Assembly: GCA_951406725.2 (NCBI GenBank)
Contig: OX597825.1
Location: forward strand, 16,492,001-16,556,000
DNA: 64,000 nucleotides
Source: Octopus vulgaris
Taxonomy: Eukaryota
Direction: 5' to 3'
Shown here: one piece after another, positions 54,774-64,000 of the stretch
Numbering within the stretch: the first letter of the stretch is position 1
Layout: each line of letters opens with the position of its first letter
Made by a program: the position numbers and the translations under genes
Notes under the pieces: model-generated
Databases searched by the model: none
Seen by the model: the letters and a program-made list of their open reading frames with translations, nothing else
What the model was told of the DNA's origin: nothing

Positions 54774-55779
54774 TTGTTTACATTTGTGCATATATGTATA
54801 TAAAATATACACACTCACACATATCAAATACGTCTTCTTTTAACAAAAAAGTCATTATTTACTTTCCCTTTGTATATAAAATAACTAAACATTGAAACAA
54901 TAAGTTTTCTTAGTTTTGCAAATTGAGTACAAGCATTCAGTTACGCACAAAATAAACATTGTTTTCCCTTCACAAAAGCTCTGAATATAATCATATTTAT
55001 TAATAATTTATATCTGTCTGATTTCTAATAATCAGGTATTATCTCAAGATCAACATTTTAAATAGTGACACATTAATAAGTACAAATTGTCATTTTTATA
55101 CGCACCAACGAGAAATAACTTCGGACTAATATAAGTCACAACGCGTTCGATTTTACCGAAAGGTTTTATAAACTTTGCGACAAAAAAAATATAAGTAAAT
55201 AAATATTTAAAGACGTAAAATTGTATTTTACGCTATAATATAATTTCCATATACTATATTTGCATGAATTATTCATTTTAGCTACCGGCCAATACAAATA
55301 TAACATTTATATTATAGTATAATACATTATATTATGATATATAATATAATTTATATTATATTATTATATCTATACAATTATATATAATTATGTATATTTT
55401 CTTCAAAATCATTATTACTGATATAAAGTAAACCCCTCATAAAGACATAAAATATATCTAATATTTTTTCCAGCTATCTTTCAAATATAATTTATAGTAT
55501 TTATTATGAACCATTATAAACTATTTTTGAAGTCCCATAATTTCATCCCTTTATCTGCAAATATTTAAAATTTCTTTTCACCTCTCATTCTGATTCTGCC
55601 TTTATACAGTGATCATTTCCACAATCTCCGATTTTCTTACTGTGTAGAGAATCCATTTTCCGAGGATCCTAAATCACTGGAGTTACTGATATATGTGTTA
55701 ATGTTTATCGTAATTTATCATTTGTAGTTTGAAAAGTCTATGGAACGAAACGTTATAATTTTTAAGCCGAACTAAATGT

Positions 55780-55945
55780 GGATGTGTAGTAGAAAAGCTT
55801 GCTTCTCAACCACATAGTTCCGGGCTCAACCCTACTGTGTCGCATTTTGGGCAGAAATCTTCTACTAATACCTCAGGTTGATCAAAGTCGTGTGATTAGA
55901 TTTGGTCGATGGAAACTGAATCGTGTGTGTGTGTGTGTGTGTGTA
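55780..55945 (+). mobile_element. SINE family B, degenerate 5-prime half
   Basis: agcttgcttctcaaccacatagttccggg...ggaaactga then (GT)n. Confidence 0.75.
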
Positions 55946-55954
55946 GTTCGTCTT

Positions 55955-56916
<962 letters not shown>

Positions 56917-57224
56917 TATATATAAGCTCGATTTGTTCGTAATTTAACCACTGAAACGTAGAAATATATACGTCAGTAAGATCACTGAGGACACAAGTCA
57001 GCATCATCAGTGATAGAAATAACTGTTAAAACAACTTATAGCCACAAAAAGAACTTTATCTTAATGACTGACAAGCGAGGCGCTGACGGAGCTTGCATCC
57101 CTGGTCAGTCTTTAAGTTCTTTTTATGGCTATCAGTTGTTTTATCTCTTATTTCGAGCAATACTGGTGTTGACTAGTGTTCTTAGCCACCTTAGTGACAT
57201 CTCTCTCTCTCTCTCTTGGATCGT

Positions 57225-57404
57225 TAGCCCCTACACGCAATTGGTTTCTCTCCTTGTTTCTTTTCTGTGTATCTTTCTGTCGAAGAGCGTAGGCTCGAAA
57301 CATAAAAGACTTGTTTTATTTCTATTCCCGAGCGCCAGGCTAATACATTCTTTGTTTGTACTCCACCTGCCTTCGTCTTTTGTTTATTTTCGTAAACCTT
57401 CCCG

Positions 57405-57405
<1 letters not shown>
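57225..57405 (+). mobile_element. Short non-coding element with hammerhead-like motif at 57272-57309
   Basis: tcttt-CTGTCGAA-GAGCgtagGCTC-GAAACATA-aaaga; pyrimidine-rich flanks, ends in (TA)n. Confidence 0.65.
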
Positions 57406-57449
<44 letters not shown>

Positions 57450-58189
57450 TATATGTATCTCTGTCTCTCCCCCCCCTTATATATATATATATATGTATAC
57501 ACACACACACCATTTCTATATATTATCCAGATAGAATCGCGTCATTTATAGAGGTGTATGAACAGGTGATGCTTTCATTTTCAGAACTGTTATTCAGAGA
57601 GTCATATCTGTGATGTTGTGGCATTCATGTTAAATATAAAGACTTGGGCCTAAAAAGATTACAAAAACACATGATTCTTATTGCAAAATTCTTTTAAAAT
57701 TTTGCCAAAATCCCTGAAATCAAGATTAAAAATGGAATTACAAATTTCCTTCAAGAAATGAGCTCTTACTGTAATTAGAGAATTAACTGTTTTGCAATTA
57801 TAAAGAAAGCCTCAAATATGTGAGGAAATTTGTTAGTAGAAAATTGAAATACAAGACTTTTGGAAAAATATCTAACGTCATTATTTTAATTTATCTAATT
57901 GGAGAAATTTCTCAAAAGTTGCTCGGAGATCATAGCACTTATTCATTAAATTGTGTCTCGCTGTGGGATTGAAATTATAACGACACATGTTCGGGTTATC
58001 ACCATTGCTGACAAAGTTTAGAATTACTCCCTCTTTTGTAAAGTTCCATTACATATAATTTTTTTATTGATTGAAATAGTATGGTGCAATGTCCACTGCA
58101 CATTCTCTAAAATTGTGATTAAAATACCTACCTACCGACATACTCCTCTCTCTCTCACTTCCTATATATATATATATATTTCTATTTTT

Positions 58190-58545
58190 GAATTCTTCTG
58201 TGACTAGACAGCGGCCATCGTTTTGAAGAATTTTTAGTCGAATGAATCGACCCCAGTAGTTATTGTTTTGAATCCCGTACTTATTCTATTGGTTTGTTTT
58301 GTCGAACCACAAGATTACGAGGACATAAACACACCAACTCCGGTTGTCAAGCAGTGGTAGGGGACAAACATAGGTACAAACATACACATATACAACGGGC
58401 TTCTTTCAGTTTTCGTCCAACAAACTGTTTGAAAAAGATTAGGTTGGCCCGAGGATATCGGAAGAGAAACTTGCCCAAGGTGCCACTCAGTGAGTCAGAA
58501 CCCATAACCACGAGGTTGTGAAGCAGACTTCTTACCACACTGCCA
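58190..58545 (-). mobile_element. SINE family B, degenerate full copy
   Basis: acttgcccaaggtgccac, ttctttcagttt, cggttgtcaagc. Confidence 0.8.
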
Positions 58546-59382
58546 GGTCTACACGGATGTACGAATATACATATGCAGAAATATATATTTGCATAGAGAA
58601 AAGAACGCAAGATATGGAAGATGTTACTAGAGGGTGATTTAGCGTTATTTTAATAGTCTCAAGTTATTGTACATAAAATTGTCTTTCAGACATTTTTATG
58701 TGATTTATGAAAATCCATAAAAAAGGCATACATTAATTCACACACTTGCACATACACAATACGCACATTGTCATTGACATAGAAATGAAACACCGACATC
58801 TAGAATGTGGACTTGGTGCCGCGCATTGCACACTCGCAAAATGACGCACACGGAAGCAGGGACATATTAACAAACATACAGAGATGAACATCGCGAACAT
58901 AGACATAGATGTCTGATAAAATAAGCATTACTTTGGATTTGAGCCTAAATCGTTTGAAACTCAAGCCCGAGAGGGTACCAAGTGACGGTGCTCCATCACG
59001 ATCGGAACCAACATCTTCGAAACCATCTGAAGAGAAAAGGAAGAAATCAAATGACAGGAGAGAAATGTTGGTAAAATCAACCTCGTCCTCCATCTAATGT
59101 TACCATGTAGTCAATGACATCAATTCTTTGCAAGACTTGGTCTACAGAGTCATCAACGCCATTACCACAAAAGAAGTGTTCAGCAAAGAAGAAACTAAAT
59201 TCGACGCCGACATCTATAGACACCGTCGTACTCTGATATCAAAGCAGACATATACTCACGTTTCTAAATACATGCTTATAATAGAAAACAGCTTCACGAA
59301 AAATAAGTTTAGGAAGCCGATTAATAACACATGATCAGATATGCATCTGTATTGTTGCATAAGCTCACTGCACACTGAAGCA

Positions 59383-59422
59383 TATATATATATATATGTG
59401 TGTACATATATATATGTATATG

Positions 59423-59472
<50 letters not shown>

Positions 59473-59479
59473 GTGTGTG

Positions 59480-59511
<32 letters not shown>

Positions 59512-59597
59512 TATATGTATCTGTATATAAGTATATGTATGTATATATATGTGTGTATATATATATATATGTATATATATATGTATATATATATATG

Positions 59598-59645
<48 letters not shown>

Positions 59646-59667
59646 TATATAGATATATATATATATG

Positions 59668-59715
<48 letters not shown>

Positions 59716-59810
59716 CACATACATAACGTATAACATACACTCATTCCTGTATTATTACTTTCAAACACACACACACATACACCCACACACACATATATGT
59801 ATGTATATAT
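59383..59810. repeat. (TA)n/(TATG)n microsatellite
   Basis: Direct inspection. Confidence 0.95.
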
Positions 59811-59993
59811 CATCGCCCAAAACAGCACACAATATCCATAAATAATGATACACGCAGCGTTTATTCAGACAGACATTGTGTGATGAGATACAAGGTTTTA
59901 TTGCTATGTATATATATCTTTAAACAACCGATTATCCCAACCACATATACACGTATGCAATCATTATCACCTGGATACCAATAACCGAGTATG

Positions 59994-60135
59994 TACAAGA
60001 TGGCCGCAAAGTATGTCTACATTTTTATTCAACTATATTAAGAAATGGCATCGTTTCAACAACGTTTCAATCGTTACTGACGCAAAGTTAGATGCACTTT
60101 CCGAGATTCACATGAACTCGATGCAGTAACTTCTT
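59994..60135 (-). mobile_element. Possible Tc1/mariner right-end fragment
   Basis: TA-CAAGATGGCCGCAAAGT terminus; weak transposase-end-like translation. Confidence 0.35.
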
Positions 60136-60230
60136 ATTTCCGTGCATTTAGGCACATTCATTCATAATCGTGATACTTCCCATGTATCCAAGCATGCATG
60201 CATACATACATACACACATACATACATACA

Positions 60231-60264
<34 letters not shown>

Positions 60265-60306
60265 CATATATACATTTATACATACATATATATGTGTAAG
60301 TATATG

Positions 60307-60365
<59 letters not shown>

Positions 60366-60403
60366 TGTATATATATATATATATATATGTCTGTGTGTGT
60401 GTA

Positions 60404-60695
60404 TACGAGGTCTGATCAATAAGTATCCGGACTGTTGGTATAGTAACGAAGCTAGAGCACTCAGAGTAAAGCTGCTTGGTAAAAGATTGACTTTAAACGG
60501 TGCTGTGCATGCGCACTGCTTTAACGTTCTAGCTCACTTCCGCTATCTACAGCAGTATTTGGAAGGAAAGTGTGTAGCGTGTGATCGTCGCATTGAACAT
60601 GGCAGTAACAGTTTTCATGGCGATATCTGCTAATAGAGAGATCAAACGCTACACACCTTCCTGCTAAGCCATGTTGTAAACAGCGGAAGTGAGCT
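60404..60695 (+). mobile_element. mariner-type end followed by an imperfect hairpin (60531-60695)
   Basis: TA-CGAGGTCTGATCAATAAGTATCCGGAC TIR-like end; agctcacttccgct...agcggaagtgagct arms. Confidence 0.65.
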
Positions 60696-60722
60696 TTCAC
60701 CTATATATACACATATATACAC

Positions 60723-60791
<69 letters not shown>

Positions 60792-60796
<5 letters not shown>

Positions 60797-61001
60797 TGGC
60801 AGGGCTTACTGCTAGGGAGTCGGCCGTATGCTAGAAATAGATCATCAACGATCAAACTACAAGGAAATTCTCTAGAGGAAAAATACAGTTGGTTCTGGTG
60901 TTCGCTGTATTTTTCCTCTAGAGAATTTCCTTGTAGTTTGATCGTTGATGATCTATTTCTAGTATACGGCCGATTCCCTAGCAGTAAGCCCTGCCAATAT
61001 A
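60792..61001. repeat. Near-perfect fold-back palindrome, 97-bp arms, 16-nt loop, in (TA)n
   Basis: Arms 60792-60888 and 60905-61001, 2 mismatches. Confidence 0.97.
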
Positions 61002-62996
61002 CACATATATTAGAATTTTCTCTGACTTCTCAGATTTTTGTATGCTGGACTACTGGTTTTAAATTGATATTAAAATTAATATTAATTTATCTCCCTCATT
61101 ATTTAAATATATATATGTATATGTATATACATGCATTTATATATATATACATGTAAACTGCGATAGATATATTGATAGATAAAGAGAGATAGAATATAAG
61201 AGAGAGAGAGAGAGAAACGGGACAACTCCTAAATGAATGAAACCCTTCACTACTATATAAGAATTCAGTACAAATTCATAGGTGAAATAGTGTTGCAGCC
61301 CCCATCCCGGAAGAAAATACATGATCGACACGCAAAATGGTATCGTGAAGCAGAACACTTTTTGAAATGTTCAAATATCTTTGGGACGCTTGTTGTCTAA
61401 TACTGACAAAAGTATGAAGAACACAAAAGAACACATTATGTCGGAGAGGGCGCTTCAAAATGACTTCGGGATTTTACACCTTTTGCGTGAAGACAGAATG
61501 TTTCCTCAAGACAAACCACAATGAGAATGGCCTTTTAACAGTTACAGTTCAAACATACCCGCAAAGTATTTGAATTGAGCGAAAATTTTGTTTATTCCAC
61601 AACACTGATTAACGTGCCAACCATGTAAAATATTTTGTAATTCTGAAATAGAATTCTTAAATCAAACTTTACCTTACGGAATATCAGTAATTCTGCAGTA
61701 AATTGTTTAATAGGTTTTCCAATAAATGTATTTATAGTTCTCACCGGAGAGCTATCATCGAAATATATTTTTTGAAAACTAATTATTTCCTAGAAAAAAA
61801 AAACAGAGACACATTTTAGTCAATGATTCTGGTGTCTAAATACTTATACATGAAAGGTCACTACTATCTAGCAATTACAGTCAACGGGGAAACTACAAAA
61901 AAAGATTGACACTATTTCTCTAGAAGTAATTGTGTGTAATCCAATATGCGAATATATGCTAAAATGTTGAAGCTTACTGACCATTATATTCTACATTTTT
62001 TCATGAGTTCAAACATTTATTATACGGTTTGTATAGAGATGGCGGGTCCATTGCTACATGTAATATGAAAGCTCAGCAATAAGATGAACTCGTAACAAAT
62101 CTCTGTGGTATTTAAATTTTTGCGGTTGATAGAAACTTACATGTTATGAATTTTGCATGTATTACTTAAAATTAGAATCTAATAAATGCGAATTACCCAT
62201 TCGGAAAGCCAACAGATAAGTTAATGTGTATAAAGATTAATAATATTCTAATAAAAAATGTTAATATAACACAATACCGGATTCCATCTGATATATTTTC
62301 TATCAACAAAACAAATCCTTGTTATGTTGATGAAATTTAGATTCCCATAAATAACAATAATGGTGATGATAATGATAACGCTGATGATGATGACGACGAT
62401 GATGACGATGAGAACGATGACGACGGTAATGATTACGGCGGTGACGAAGGTAAGGATGATGATGATGATGAGGATGATAGTGATGATGCTGATATATCTC
62501 AGACAGATAAAACTGAAAAACTTATAATTGTTTGGATTAATATTCCGTTTTACATAAATATACAGAGACGTATAGCTAGCCATGTTTTTTTTTAATTAGA
62601 AAAAACATTTTCCCAAATATCATAAATGGAATGAAATTTATACTAGAAATAATATAACATTAAGATTCAGCTGCACATGAAATATTCCAATAAAAGTAGC
62701 AAGAATAAATAAAAAAATAAAAGAAAAAAAGTAGGCCGCTATTTCAAATTATTCCCCTTTGTGTAATTATTCTAACCCTGTAAAATGCCCATAAATGATT
62801 TATGTCTTTCGAAAGAGATCGTTTATTTTGTGAAAGTATTTACATCTAATGATTTAATCAGCAGTATATCCAGAGGAATATACTGAAGCAAATTTGTCAA
62901 AATATACCTTGTCTATAAAAAAAAGATCAAAACCTATAACCTCATTTGTAAGGTATTAGAATACATCTAATCATTAGAGCTGATATATTTGTCGCC

Positions 62997-63260
<264 letters not shown>

Positions 63261-63903
63261 AATGCCCTGATGCAGTACCAGACACTGGCTCTCATGGCTT
63301 CTGATCTTAACTGATTGGAAGTGTTATCATGTACATTGTTTTGTCTTGGTATAAAAGATGGGCTACAGCAAATATTCAGCTCAATACCACAGATTTGCTT
63401 GTCAGTTGTTTGACCATAACCAGTTGACCATGTGTCTTAGTAGCTGACGATCTGTGCACCTCTGATCACAAGCAGAAGTAGTGGTGGAGTATCATAGTCA
63501 TGTGTTGAAAGGAATTCTTAGAGGTTTGGATAATTCACCTTTGGAAACATGGGTGGTTCGTTCAATATCCTTAAATAATCCTTATTCAGGGACCTTTTGA
63601 GCGGGATGGGTTACTCGACCAGAAGAAAATTCTAACTGGGCCCCACCTGCAATGTCATGTACTGTTTATCTTGACACGAGATCACCATGTCGTGCATATA
63701 TGGTTGTGATGCATGTACCTTGTGTATCCTTATCAGGTGCGTGGTCATGATAGTGGGCTTCGTATATCTGTAGTAATGAGCAAATCTGTAGTATTGAGCA
63801 GAATATTTGCTGTAGCCCATCTTTTATACTAACACAAAACATTTATTATTATTATTAATATTTTACCCCAGTGTCACTTTGATGGCATGCACTGCTCTCT
63901 CAT

Positions 63904-63905
<2 letters not shown>
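63261..63905. mobile_element. ~640-bp non-coding element embedded in (AAT)n, with an internal inverted duplication
   Basis: Complex sequence flanked on both sides by (AAT)n; 63337-63399 is repeated inverted at 63779-63841. Confidence 0.65.
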
Positions 63906-63964
<59 letters not shown>

Positions 63965-64000
63965 TAATAATAATAATAATTCTTTCTACTATAGGTACAA

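Overview
AT-rich, repeat-saturated animal DNA with no recognisable host exon, most likely a giant intron or intergenic region. The density of (TA)n/(CA)n/(ATCT)n/(AAT)n microsatellites and the SINE families suggest a coleoid cephalopod (Octopus-like); this is inference from repeat content. Nearly all ORFs in the supplied track are microsatellite artefacts. Real content: about 20 tRNA-headed SINE copies of several modular families, fragments of Tc1, maT (DD37D) and mariner transposases, non-autonomous Helitrons, Penelope-like (RT/GIY-YIG) fragments, and CR1, HERO-like and RTE-like LINE remnants. Most notable: (1) SINE multimers that rejoin at the same junction, next to the anticodon-like loop, at several independent loci; (2) short non-coding elements carrying minimal hammerhead-ribozyme-like motifs; (3) a series of fold-back palindromic insertions, one flanked by a 15-bp TSD inside a mariner ORF. 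Together they suggest non-autonomous structured-RNA retroelements and many potential dsRNA/ADAR substrates. Coordinates were read by eye and may be off by a few bases.
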